Part shown: positions 49,147 to 61,188 of the stretch, piece after piece
Layout of the letters: every line of letters begins with the position of its first letter
Position numbering within the stretch: the stretch's first letter is position 1
NCBI GenBank assembly: GCA_965603825.1
Contig: CBFDEM010000053.1
Location: forward strand, 434,001-498,000
Direction of reading: 5' to 3'
Source: Blepharisma stoltei ATCC 30299
Lineage: Eukaryota; Protista; Ciliophora
Length of the DNA stretch: 64,000 nt
Notes under the pieces: model-generated
What the model was told of the DNA's origin: nothing
The model's input: only the letters and a program-made list of their open reading frames with translations
The model's database searches: none
Position numbers and translations under genes: made by a program

Positions 49147-49673
49147 TATTTATTTGATTTAATTCACCAATCATATGATTTATGGAATATCTTAATAAAA
49201 AGATAATTGAAAAAGTTAATTATCGGAGGTTGAGAGCTGGGATTTTTTCACCAATTAAAATGGATACTCGAGGATTTGAAGAGGAAAAAGAATACAGTTC
49301 TTAGATGGTGAAGTTATAGTAATAAGAATTTTTAAACTTTTTGCCATTGCAATTTGATAGCAGGTTTGATTAGATCTTAAAGTTTAATAGCCTATTCCAA
49401 GTCACTAGTAAGCTTCTGCTGATAATGCACTGCGGAGCCCCGAAGGATGATTGACATAGTCTTGTCAGATGAGCTTTTTAAATGTGCTTCACTAAATGTA
49501 CTTCTTCATCGAGTTCAGATCTTTGGAAAACTGCCCTTCGGCTCTTCAAATCAGCAAGAGTCGGGTCCTGCTCAAAAGTTCCAATATCCGCTGATTTGGG
49601 TTGATATCATCTTAGAAAGTTTTCATCGAGCTAAAGAATCTTAGATAAGAAATTGTTTACTAATTATTAGATT

Positions 49674-51241
49674 TTACTCACTCATTGGCGGTAAAGAAGG
49701 ATAAGCTTGAATTCGAGGACTCTCTTGTTGATTTTGTCTAAGAATTGGGACTGGCTCCAAGTCTGGATAAATACCTGATTCGCTATCTATTATATTTGAC
49801 TGACTTTGAGCTGAAGTATTTTCGATAGCAATTTTAGGTGGTGGTGGTGGTGGTGGCGGTGTAGGTTGAAGCGTTGGCTTTGACTTCGATTTTCTTGGCT
49901 TCGATTCTGGTTTCGGAGGCTCAATTATGTTATAAATTAATCTTTCATTATTTTCCTGAGTTTTTCTTGCTTATCTTCTTTTTTTCAAACGATACAGAAT
50001 AATGAGTAAAATTACAACAATTAAACATCCTGCCACTCCTATTCCGATATAGAAATACAGACTCCAATCACTCCAAAAATTGCTTGCACTGCTTGATGAG
50101 TTTTTCGGCTTAATATCAATGTTTGCCAAGCCAATTGTCGATTGAATACCTATCCCCTGAGTAAAAATTGCTATAAATTGCCTTAAAAATGGGCTCCCCA
50201 ATACCCATTTAGAATTGTTACTAGGTAAAAGTAGAAGAGTTATTGTATCTGTTTCTTTATTGTATTTTACATAAGCTGTATTTGGAATTTCAAAATATTG
50301 ATTATCTAAAATAAATTTAATGCTTGGATAATTTTCAATATTTTTATCATTGCATTGCCATACATTAGAATTTATACTGCAGTCATTAAAATAAATGAAG
50401 TAATCTGATATCATTGAGAAATCAGCTATGGGTATATAAATATATGGTGTATTTACATCAAAAGTTGCATATATTGAATACAAATAATAGTTTTGAGTGT
50501 TTACGATAACTCAGCTTATGCTGGTAGTCCATCCGATTTCATCAGCAAAAATGTCTATGTATTTTACTTGATTTTGCCCAATATATGGCTCTAGATCTGG
50601 AGTCCCAAAAATCAACCTTGAATCAGTGTCAATTTCATTACGCTCGATATCATTAAGATATATTAAAAATGAAGGCGAATCTATAATTCTATCATAATAC
50701 AATTCCTCAATAAAAGTGGATATCCTAAATTATTAAGTCCTAAATCGAGTACTCCCTCGATTATTTGTCCAGGGTAATTTAAGTTTTGCGTAAATAACCA
50801 AAAATATTGAACAGATTCACTAGAATCTTCAAATTTGAAATTATCTGTGCTCAATAAAGTTGTAAAAGTGCTGTAGCCATTCTATATAAGGCTTACATCC
50901 AAAGTGCCTAGAATTCCTTGGCTAGTGTATGATGTAGATTTATTGATATCATAGGCATTTACAGGCATTCTGCAATTGAAGCAAGTAGAAGATACAATTC
51001 AACTCAACTATATTACTCTTACTGAGCTATTACCCGTACTTAGCAGCAATTCGAAATGCTGTGGTGGAGTTCCAATAGATAAGGCAATTGAATAGGCTTC
51101 CTAATTTATGATTACATTGTTAGAATTCTTAAGTGGAATTTCTAGGATTCTGCTTGATCCGGTTTTTTTTGTATCAGAATGAAGACCCAATTTGATTTTT
51201 GATATGACGGGAATGATAAGCAATAATAGATATCTTAGCAT
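49674..51241 (-). pseudogene. Disrupted tandem paralogue of the aspartic-protease-like gene
   Basis: Same three intron positions (51101-51115, 51008-51022, 50882-50896). 1-nt frameshift near 50716-50720 (YP/TFIEEL) and in-frame TAA at 49971, after which the frame continues to a paralogue-like YPSLPP end at 49674. Confidence 0.72.
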
Positions 51242-51802
51242 TAATTCCCCAATAGAATTTTAATTATTAAGTATTTAAGCGTATGATTATATGAATTAAT
51301 TTAAAGTGCTAGAAAATATAGGAAATTTGAGTTTATAGAAAATTTATGACCATAATGGCTATTATAGCCACTTATTTATTTAGCTTATTTAGTTGAATTA
51401 AGTTATATTTAAAATTATTTAAATCAAGGATTAATATTAAAAAATACGGATTAGAGAAGAAAATTATTTTATTCTAATAGCGTTGGATGCCTTAAAAAAT
51501 TAAATAAGGTTTTTTATATAATTAATAATTTAAAAATTGAAAGAAGATCAAATGCATATAATAAAAGATGTAAGCTGCTTCCCATTAATTGTTCCTTAAT
51601 AATTGGTGAGAAATTTACCATAATTATAATTTTGAAAATCTGATTATTTTGTCCCTTAAGTGCCTTTGAAAATAATTGTAAATTTAAACATTATTATTAG
51701 AATATTTTACAATTTAAATAATTGATTGCAAAGAATAAGGTAATAAAACTCTATTACTATTCAATTCTACACTATGGAGGGAACTTCTATGGTTTGTAAA
51801 CA

Positions 51803-52912
51803 ATGAATAATAAATTGCAATGGGAGCTGGAAAGCTTCCAACACAATTCAAAGTCAACTCAGTCTCTCAAACTCTCCTATGATTTATTTCAAGAGTCATC
51901 GCTTCTTGACTGGCAGCATCGTCAAGTTCTATCACGAGGATTTAAGAACATGGGAAACACGTGCTTCATCAACTCAACCCTTCAGTGTCTTCTATACACC
52001 CCGCCTCTTCAAAATATTATCCACAGATGTAAAAAAGTTTTTTGCACGCTTTGCTGCTTCAAGCGCTTATTCAAAAGTTCAACGAGAATTCCTGATGATT
52101 TTTTAAAATACCTTCCGAGGTTTTCTCAGAGCTTTAGCTTAGGCAAGCAAGAAGACGCCCACGAGCTACTGCGGTTTTTAGTGGAAAGGATGGAACGGAA
52201 TGTCGTAAGGCAAATATTTGGAGGTGTTTTAAGGAGTAAAGTTCAGTGCCTCAACTGTCACTTTGAATCTGAAATCTATGAAAACTTTTTGGACATTTCT
52301 TTGGATTTGTCAGATTCAGATTTAGAAAGATGTCTTGCCAATTTCTGCAAAAATGAGTTTTTAGATGGCATGAATCTATATTTTTGTGCTCCTTGTGGAG
52401 TTCGAACTGTTGCATGTAAGCAATTTATTATAAAATCCCCGCCATTAATTTTAACTCTCCATTTAAAGCGGTTTACAAATGAAGGGAAAAAAGACATGAC
52501 ACATGTCAAATTCCCTGAAAAACTAAACTTTCAACCTTACCTGTTAATGCCAGAGCAATCAATCTACGAGCTTTATGCAGTTTTAGTGCATATGGGATAT
52601 TCATCAAGGTCAGGGCATTACTATAGCTACATTAAGGGCCCAAATAACGAATGATATATAGCTAACGATTTGTCAGTGCTTAAAGTCAATTTGAATAAGG
52701 TTCTTAATGATAGATCAGCTTATATTTTATTTTACAAAAAATCGAAGGTTGAAGATGTTGACTCAGATGGAGCTGATATTTCATTGGGAAAGAAAAAAGG
52801 AAGATGCTTGGACTTTAAAGAGGAAAAATTGAGGGAAATCAAGAAAATGAAAATTCGAGGGGATGGGAAAGAAAATCGAAGGGTCAAGGGTTGCGATGGT
52901 AATAAGATATAA
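51803..52912 (+). CDS. Ubiquitin-specific protease (USP36/42-like)
   Basis: Cys box GFKNMGNTCFINSTLQCL, QEDAHE, His box SGHYYSYIK..(W=TGA)YIAND..SAYILFY. Confidence 0.92.
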
Positions 52913-53082
52913 CTTGTATATCTATTTATGTCAATTATTTTTTCAAAATAATATGAATCAATTTTTTATTTTCAACAGAATAAGAAAGCCCTTTAAAAAT
53001 GATTTTACAATTATTCTTATTCTAAAGATTAATCGGCTCTTATATATTGTATTTTGCATGTGCAACTAAAATATTAATTAAA

Positions 53083-54015
53083 TTATGGGGTATTAAATTT
53101 AAGATATGAAATCATTCTAATAACTTCTTCTTTTGCAGGGACATTTAAATTGAACCAGGTATTCTTTTTGATATCATCTATGCTTGGCCTATCTTGTGGG
53201 CTATAAGCAAGCATTTTTTCAATTAAACTGATTAAATCTACTGTAAAGTTTTTATTTTCATGTTTTTTCTGATAATATCTCCAAAATAATTTTGAAGTCT
53301 CTTCTCCAATTAGGCACCGATAAAATTTATCAGAGACATCAGCATAGTTAAAAGGGGGCGTCCCAGCAAACATGGTAAACAGTATAACTCCAGCTCCAAA
53401 TACGTCAACTTTTTCAGGATCATATTCCAAATTTAGCCTTATTTCTGGTGGCATATACTTTTCTGTTCCTCGAATTCCCATAGCATCTTTCAGATTTATA
53501 TAATTCGAGGAGCCAAAATCAATTAATTTCAAATTAAATTCACTGTCCAACAATAAATTTTCCAATTTAAGATCTCCATGATAAACACCAACCCTATGGC
53601 AAGCTTCCAAAGCTTCTATTAGCTGCCTAAAATAAAACCTGCACAAATCCATATCTAAGCTTCCACCCTCATTAATTAGCTCATAAAATTCACCATTTAT
53701 GCAGTACTCCATCAAAATGAACTGGCATCTATAGCTTGTCTTATTTTTTTTCCTATATATCCCAACTTCACAATAATTGATATATTTTATAACATACTTA
53801 TGAGAAATTCTATTTAAACACTCTATTTCAGTGAAGACATGCTCACGAGTATGCGTATCTTTTTTATCTATTTTAAACATTTTGGCAGCATACAAGATTT
53901 TTGAAGCCGGCTCTTGGATTAATTTTACTTTAGAAGTAATTCCTTTCCCTAATGTTTTTAAGACAACATAGCAATCTAGCTTACTAAAAGGAATTTCCTT
54001 ATTTCTAGATAGCAT
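53083..54015 (-). CDS. Ser/Thr protein kinase (CAMK-like)
   Basis: LGKGITSKV, YAAK, HGDLKLEN, DFG, GTEKYMPPE, DVFGAG. Confidence 0.9.
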   Translation of the reverse strand: MLSRNKEIPFSKLDCYVVLKTLGKGITSKVKLIQEPASKILYAAKMFKIDKKDTHTREHVFTEIECLNRISHKYVIKYINYCEVGIYRKKNKTSYRCQFILMEYCINGEFYELINEGGSLDMDLCRFYFRQLIEALEACHRVGVYHGDLKLENLLLDSEFNLKLIDFGSSNYINLKDAMGIRGTEKYMPPEIRLNLEYDPEKVDVFGAGVILFTMFAGTPPFNYADVSDKFYRCLIGEETSKLFWRYYQKKHENKNFTVDLISLIEKMLAYSPQDRPSIDDIKKNTWFNLNVPAKEEVIRMISYLKFNTP

Positions 54016-54125
54016 CTTTTATGAGGATTTAGAAAATAAAAATGCCAATAATCATCACAATCATCAAAACAATAGAAATAAATATGGTCAGGATGATCCT
54101 AAAATTAAGTCATATAATATATTAC

Positions 54126-55226
54126 TTATAATGACCGCTTATGAGCAGGCAATCTATCTAATGAATTTTCATATGCAACACTTTCATCTCCTTTCAGAGA
54201 TACAGCAATTACAGTTCTTCCAGCTTGCAATGCGATGGCAGAATTTGCAAGCAGTGGAAGTGGGTCGTTCACTTGTAATAAAGTCCCAAATTTGGAATTA
54301 TTGTCTTCAATAGTGAAATTTCCATTATTGAAATGAATGGTGGCATGGCATCTTGATACTGATATATCAGATATCCTCACTTCACACTCATGGCCTCTTC
54401 CCAGCTTGACTGTTGAGTTTTCACTAAAAGTCACTACATATACAGCTTTACTTGCTCCTTTCCCATCATCTGCGCCTTCAATTACAATTCTGGGTAAATC
54501 CGATTTCTCGACTTGAAATAGTTCTTTTTCCTTCCCTTGGACATCTAGGCTAAAAGGATAATTTTTCTTGCAAATTTCGCAATCCATTGATTTTCATTGA
54601 TAGCAGCACGTATTTTCTCCTGACCGCGTAGAAACTCGAGAAAGCAATCATCTCTGCAAACATCGCAAATGAATGAATTTAACTGATCCTGTACAACTGC
54701 ATGGAGAAATTAGAGGGTTTTCTGAGCCTTCGGACTCGCCAAAACAAATTCGGCATGTCGTTGTTTCATGCTCATTCGGGATTTCGCATTCGTCTTCACT
54801 TTCTTGGGTTTGGTCGCTGGACGAGTCGGAGCTGCCTGTGCTGAGCTGTTTTATTCTGTACACTATTCGGCCTAGTTTTATGACATCTCCTTGCTTTAAA
54901 AGTACTCCTGAGCCTTCGGAAGTTTTTAGGGATCTAACTATCATCCAAATTGGCTCTGATTGCTCAGAACTTAGGTAGAAAATCCCATTTCTTTGAGAAA
55001 CAGTGGCTAAGATCTGAGAATGAGGCGCCAGTCGGGATATATCTGTGAAATCGGAAATAAGGTCAACTTCTGTGTCGCATCGAATTATGTTGCAAGGATT
55101 TGAAGCCATAAGCTTCTTCTTGTGGCAGCTGCGAGACTCATAGTCGAATAAATTATGTGAGTCACGAGCCCAGGTCATCGTCTTCATTATAATTCTAAGT
55201 AGCTGTTACTGTTGCGGGGTCTTCAT
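54126..55226 (-). CDS. RING-CH (MARCH-type) zinc finger plus FHA domain protein
   Basis: ATG 55226, intron 55195-55209. CRIC...PCSCTGSVKFIHLRCLQR(W=TGA)...CEIC; FHA motifs GRGHECEVRISDISVSRCHA and SKFGT. Confidence 0.9.
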
Positions 55227-55934
55227 TTTAATTATTATAAAGAAACCGAGAGTTGTTTTTTTAAATATGCAATAAAAATCTAATCCTAAGAGTGTCAAAA
55301 ATGACGATCTTCTGATGATGAAAACAAAAAATAGATGATTTGAAAGGATTTTAGAAGAAAAAAGTGATTTTTTAGCTTTATGGGAATGGAGGCATGATAG
55401 CTGGGTCTTAGGAGAATTTCGAATTTTGAAACGAAAATCTCTTTTTGGGTTCTAAAATTAATTTTGAATGCTCAAAGTGGTAACATCTGAACTCTAAAGT
55501 AAAACTATAAAATTTTACCTTAGCTATATTTCAAAAAAAATCAGTAATTACACTAATAGTTTGTGTTCTCAGTAAAAGTGTCTTGATCTCACAATAAAGT
55601 CAATTTTTAAGAATGCATAGAGTACATAGAAGAGGACTAATGAGATTTTAGAGTGTAGATGACGCTTAATATAAATAAAAAAACAGATTATTATTTCTTC
55701 AAATTCACGGAAATTGTAATAATACTGAATTTTAGACAAAAACCTATGAATTCTAAGGTAAAATTTGTATTTTCGATAGGCATTCTCATATAAATCGAAA
55801 TTTTAATTGATCTTTATGATAGATGATTTAGCTAGCCTAAAATCATAAGGACAAATAAATTTATAGGCTGCTTAAATAGTAAACTTATATAAGTAAAATA
55901 AATTAGATCAATTATAATTTAAGAGAAATTAAAC

Positions 55935-56999
55935 TTAAAGAGTTGGATATGATCCAGCCATGTTAATTCCGCAGACTCCTGCTCCTGAACTGATCCCAAT
56001 TCTTATGTATCCACTTTCTCCCCATGTTGCGCCCCAAGAATTCTTTACAATCCAATAGGCAGGAGATGCAGTCATATTGTAGCCAACAATTAAAACAGAG
56101 TGGCTGAGCTCGGTTCCACAATTTTTTGTGACAACTCCTCCGTTATAATATTGCCATACATAATTATCTGCATCCACATATACTGATACTGGCTGGGTAG
56201 CAACTTGATATTGAAGGCTTAGTGGGTTATTTGCTTGGACGATATTAGCTCCTTGGATTTTTACTATTTCTCTATTAACGGCATTTTCATTGCATTTTTC
56301 ATCTGTCCCTATGTATGGATAAAGCAGAGCTGAGGTAAGCCCCTTGCTTTGTATAAAACTGTATGCATGATCAACTAAGCCTCCTCCACAACCTTTATTT
56401 CCATATGAAATCGAGCAATCCACAATTTCTTGCTCTGAAAGAACTACAAGTGGGTTTCCAGAAATTTTCCAAATCCCTTCAACTGCCCCTACTGATGCAA
56501 AAGCATAATCACTATTGCATAATCCTTCGATTCCAACTGGTGTTACTGCTCCAACTGATCTCCAATCAATAGAGCTTGCGACATTAAGAGGCTTCTCCTT
56601 AACAGTTTCTTGACTATAGGTTTCTGGAAGCTCAATTTTTGAGTGAAGATATTTAGCTTTAAATTCTTGAGTTGTTAGATCTGTAAATTGGTTTATTCCA
56701 ACTGTCCAGGTTAAACCTAAAGCGTTTTGATTATGAATAAAACCGAGATTATCTCTGAAAATTTTAAATCTTTTAAGATATTCATCTTTATTGTAATTTT
56801 TGTTGTATTTTAGAATATAGCTCTTAAATTCCTCTTCTTCCAAATTAAATTGGGATAGGGCTGAAGTTGATATATTTATTTTGGAGTAAAAAGTAAAAAA
56901 GACAATCAAACAAATGAAGCCAATTGATGCTCCGAGAATGGTAAGATTTTTGATTTTTGATTGTGGTTTGGTTGCTTTTGAATCGAGAAGATTGTCCAT
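55935..56999 (-). CDS. Papain-family (C1A) cysteine protease homologue with I29 prodomain; catalytic Cys replaced by Asp
   Basis: Signal-anchor, ERFNIN-like prodomain, INQFTDLT, SIDWRSVGAVTPV, EGLCNSDYAF, LSEQEIVDC, HSVLIVGY, KNSWG. Confidence 0.9.
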   Translation of the reverse strand: MDNLLDSKATKPQSKIKNLTILGASIGFICLIVFFTFYSKINISTSALSQFNLEEEEFKSYILKYNKNYNKDEYLKRFKIFRDNLGFIHNQNALGLTWTVGINQFTDLTTQEFKAKYLHSKIELPETYSQETVKEKPLNVASSIDWRSVGAVTPVGIEGLCNSDYAFASVGAVEGIWKISGNPLVVLSEQEIVDCSISYGNKGCGGGLVDHAYSFIQSKGLTSALLYPYIGTDEKCNENAVNREIVKIQGANIVQANNPLSLQYQVATQPVSVYVDADNYVWQYYNGGVVTKNCGTELSHSVLIVGYNMTASPAYWIVKNSWGATWGESGYIRIGISSGAGVCGINMAGSYPTL

Positions 57000-57497
57000 T
57001 TTGATTAATATTTTCGCCTGAATTTATAAATCATTTATAAGAAAAATAATAAGAAATTATGGCTATGTCTAATAATTAATTTTCTTCTGACTTTTCCCCT
57101 CTTCTGAAATTATAAATAAACAATATGTAATTAAGCATCATAAGATTCTGCTTATATTATTGCATTTTCAAGTCTCTTCTGCATATTTTTGACTAAAAAT
57201 TAACTCCTTCGGTAAATATGATTAAAAATAATATTTTATTAATGAGATTTGAACTTTTGAATTATATTAACATTATTTTGAGTGTGATATTATTTGGCAT
57301 TTGGCTTAAGATTAGATCGATCCTAAGCGAATATAAAATTTTGGTTATATTATTGGATTTGAAAACGATATTGAATTTTTCTCTTTTAGTAATGAAACAA
57401 TAGGAATAATATATATCTAATAATCATGCGTAAGCCACATCTCATTTTTCTTTCATTTTACACTCAAGATTTTAATATTATATTTCTTTGCTTCTTC

Positions 57498-58634
57498 ATG
57501 GAGAGAAAAATCATCAGAGCCCTTTTAGCTTTCGCACTGCTTCTCTGCCTTTCCTCTGCTATAAAAGATATCCAATGCACAAAATACACTTGCAAAACCT
57601 CAAGCCAAAACTTTGATCCTCTGACTTGTGCTTATCTTGATAACTCCTCAAATACTTATTATGCCCAAGCCTGTGCAAAAAGTACTGATGACTGCTTTCA
57701 AGTTCAAGGATTCAATTATTCATGTGGACCCACATACACATCTGGAATAAGCTTTCCTGGAGAAGAATGCAAATCCGCTAACGATTGTCACAGTTTATAC
57801 ACAGCAGGTTGCAAAGATGGGATTTGTGTTGGCTCTGCTGAAGGTCAAGACTGTAACTCCAGCCGATCATGCGAGCCAAACTTCTATTGCCAACTGACGT
57901 TGAATATATGCAAGCCTCTTATTAAAATAGGTGAAACAGGCTGCTTAAATGACTATGAATGTGTAAACAATGCAGCTTGTAATGTGACTGATATAAATAA
58001 TCCCAGCCTTAATACCTGCTATCCTTGGCACAGTTTTGGAGTTCATGATCCAGTTGGAGGCTGTGAATCTGGAATTAGTGCTTTATGTCCTTATAATTAT
58101 TGCCAAGAAAATTCTGACACGAACTTTTATTGCACAGATTTATTATCATCGCCTGTAACCCCAGCCTCACAATGTGATATCAATTCCAGCGACAATTGCC
58201 AGTCTACCTCTGATCCTTTCTTCACTCCTCCTTTCTCCATCAAAGGCACTTGCAGCTGTGGGCTAAATAGCCAAGGAAACGCTAATTGCCAAATTTTTCC
58301 AGGCGATTTGCCTTATCAAGCATACTTAAAGCAGCTTAATAAATGGAATTCCAGTGAGCATATAACTAAATGCAACACTATGAGAAGGTTTCATAAGAAT
58401 TGCGTGAAAACTTATTGAAGTAAGAAGGAATCTGATGCTTTTAGTTTTTACCAAGTGCAAAATTCTATGTATTCACAAATTCAAGGCAGTGAAAGCTGTG
58501 TTCTTGATGCTTTCGCATTGAATTACGTAAGAGCAAAAGATGAATATAATGGAGGAGATGATGATAATGATGATAACAACTCAGGAGCTAAAGAAATATG
58601 CATATCAATGCTGATTCTAATAGCAATAAGCTAA
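57498..58634 (+). CDS. Secreted or GPI-anchored cysteine-rich surface protein
   Basis: Signal peptide MERKIIRALLAFALLLCLSSA and dense Cys spacing. TGA at 58416 read through to an acidic spacer and hydrophobic tail (NNSGAKEICISMLILIAIS-TAA). Confidence 0.8.
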
Positions 58635-58963
58635 TTAATAAAATAAGAAAGAAATTTTTATATTCATTGAAATCAAAATTCAGTGTATCAAAATATTCAA
58701 TGAGTGAAAGCTACGTGCGTGATGCTTTTACATTAAATCATATAAATTCTAAAGATGTGCAACTGAAGAGATAATTATTATAATAATGATGAGAAAAGAG
58801 CTCAGGGCTAAAGCAATATATAATTCAATTCGGGGTTATAGCAATTACTATATTAATTCATAAAAATCAGGAAAAGTTGCTATATAACCTCATAAATTTT
58901 ATTAATTAAATAAAGCTTTAATCAAATAATACTTTATTATTTATTGTGTAGGCCTGTATCGAA

Positions 58964-60209
58964 TTATTTAAGGCTTGAACCTCTAGATGTAGATATATCA
59001 AAATCTTCATCCCAGTCCATATAATCCTCATTTGAATTTCTTCTCAATTGATACCGGAACCATGGATGTAAAAGTGCACTATGCACATCTACTCTCTCCT
59101 CAGGTTTAGGCTCCATAAGTTTAACTATAAAATTTATGGCTTCCGCTGATACATGTTCCCATACTCTGTCACGGAAACATATAATTCCTTCTCTGTTTTT
59201 TCTAACTACTTCTTTTGTGTCTCTCCCGAAAAACGGCATTTTTCCGGATAATAAAATATAGACCACACAGCCTACACTAAAAGTGTCAACCTTTGCTCCA
59301 TATTTAAACCCTCTTAAAATTTCTGGTGCTACATATCCTGGTGACCCGCACCTTTGCGTCATGCTTTCATTTACTTCATGAGCAAGCCCAAAATCGACTA
59401 ATTTGAAATTAGAATCATCATTTTTTGAGACCATCATAATATTTTCTAGTTTTATGTCTCTGTGTGCAATGTTATATGTATTCAAATATTCAAGAGTATT
59501 TAAAAGATTTTGAGTAAGTTTAGCAACGCTGCTTTCGTTAAGCTTGCTTTTCTCCATGATTCTGGAAAATAAATCTCCACCTTCTAAATAGTCTAAAACC
59601 AAGCTCACTTGCGAATCATTCTCATAAACTCTATAGAGTTTGATTATGTTTGGATGATCAAGCTTTCTTAATATCGTTATTTCATTTATAGTTCCTTCCA
59701 AATTTTGAGCACTCATAGTTATAAATGATTTATTTATTTATTGATTTTATAGCATATTTTTGAGAATTTTCTATACAATCTGTGAGAAAAACGTGAGCTG
59801 ATTTTCCTTTGCCGATTCTTTTGATGAAGTTGAAATCGTTTTCAACGTCAGTCATGATGCAAATATTTGAAAAAAATGATAACCAAAGGTCGAGCTTTTC
59901 TTGAGTTGAAACAAAAAAATCTCGATAATGTGATGTGTGACCGAGCCTAAAACCAAAGCGCTTAGAGTTGTTAATTTCATCAATGAATGGAATTACGAGT
60001 TTCCACTCTATTGGTACTGATTTTTTAATAGGCTTGTGTTTTATAAGTTTCGTTTTTGTCAGTGTGTAAGCTCCGATTTTAATTTTATTCTTAGAAACTT
60101 CATAGAGTTGATCGGTAAAAACTTCTATATCGTTTGAAGACTCATATGGCATCCAAAACTCATAGTTTAGCTGCTTTATTTCGTCAGTTGATTCAAAAAT
60201 AGATCGCAT
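58964..60209 (-). pseudogene. PH-like plus CAMK kinase gene disrupted by a 4-nt repeat expansion (or assembly error)
   Basis: Paralogue of 61189-62394. Frame breaks at the (TAAA)n run near 59728-59742 between YAIKSINK and SFITMSAQNL; removing 4 nt restores one ORF. Confidence 0.68.
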
Positions 60210-61188
60210 TATAATATTTATTAAATTCACTGATAATTTAACACATTTCTGCAAGTAAAAACATGGTAAATTAAAATTGAAACTTTTTCAATTTTTTGTT
60301 ATAAAAACGTGTTATCATTTCTTTTGAGATAAAAGAAAAAGATAAGCTGCTGAATATTCGAGAATCATAAAAGCATTACGATCCAAGCTTAACCTAATTT
60401 TATTAACTAGTAAATTCTTTTTAAATAACCTATCTCTCAGCTTAAAAGATATTTTGTTTGAGTTGTGCATCCTAAATAGAGTGTATGCAAAGCGTTGCAG
60501 AAAGTTTTTGTTTTTCTTTTTTTGAAAAAATGTTTTTAAAATTTACTGATCCATCTTGTAATAAAGCTTTGGGGAATTATTAATTTGAGAATAATAAGTT
60601 TCAGCAATATCTTTAAAGATTATATCTAAATATATCAAAATTAGTTAAATTTTATAGGAAAATGCATATAATGATATTTGAAAAATTTGAATTTTTATCG
60701 ATACTTATATTCAACTTCCAAATAAGTGACATATAAATATCATCATATGTAATTTAAAGCAGCTCAAAAATATTATTGAAAAGGAATTAATTATAAAAAA
60801 ATAAGAATTATGAGATGATGAAAACAATTAGTTAAAAGCCAAAAAATACAACAATTGAGCATCTTTCTCATAAAATTTCTGAATCTAAATAATAAATCAA
60901 CTACTTTTTGATCTTATTCAAAGAATAAATTTAAATTATTTTTGCTATCATTTAGTAAATAAAAATGGGAATTTATAAAATTTCACTGAATAATTATTTT
61001 GCTAAAAAGAGCGTTATGAAGCAGAATTAAAATGCAGTTTACTATCAATACTAAATTCCAAGCACCAAGTTTCTTTTTTCATTCAAACCTTTCATTTCTA
61101 TATTTCAGCTAATTTCTAATTTAAAAATTTATGTGTATTAAAAATGTTATTTATTTTATCCTTAGTGTACAAATGTGTTCTAAAATGC

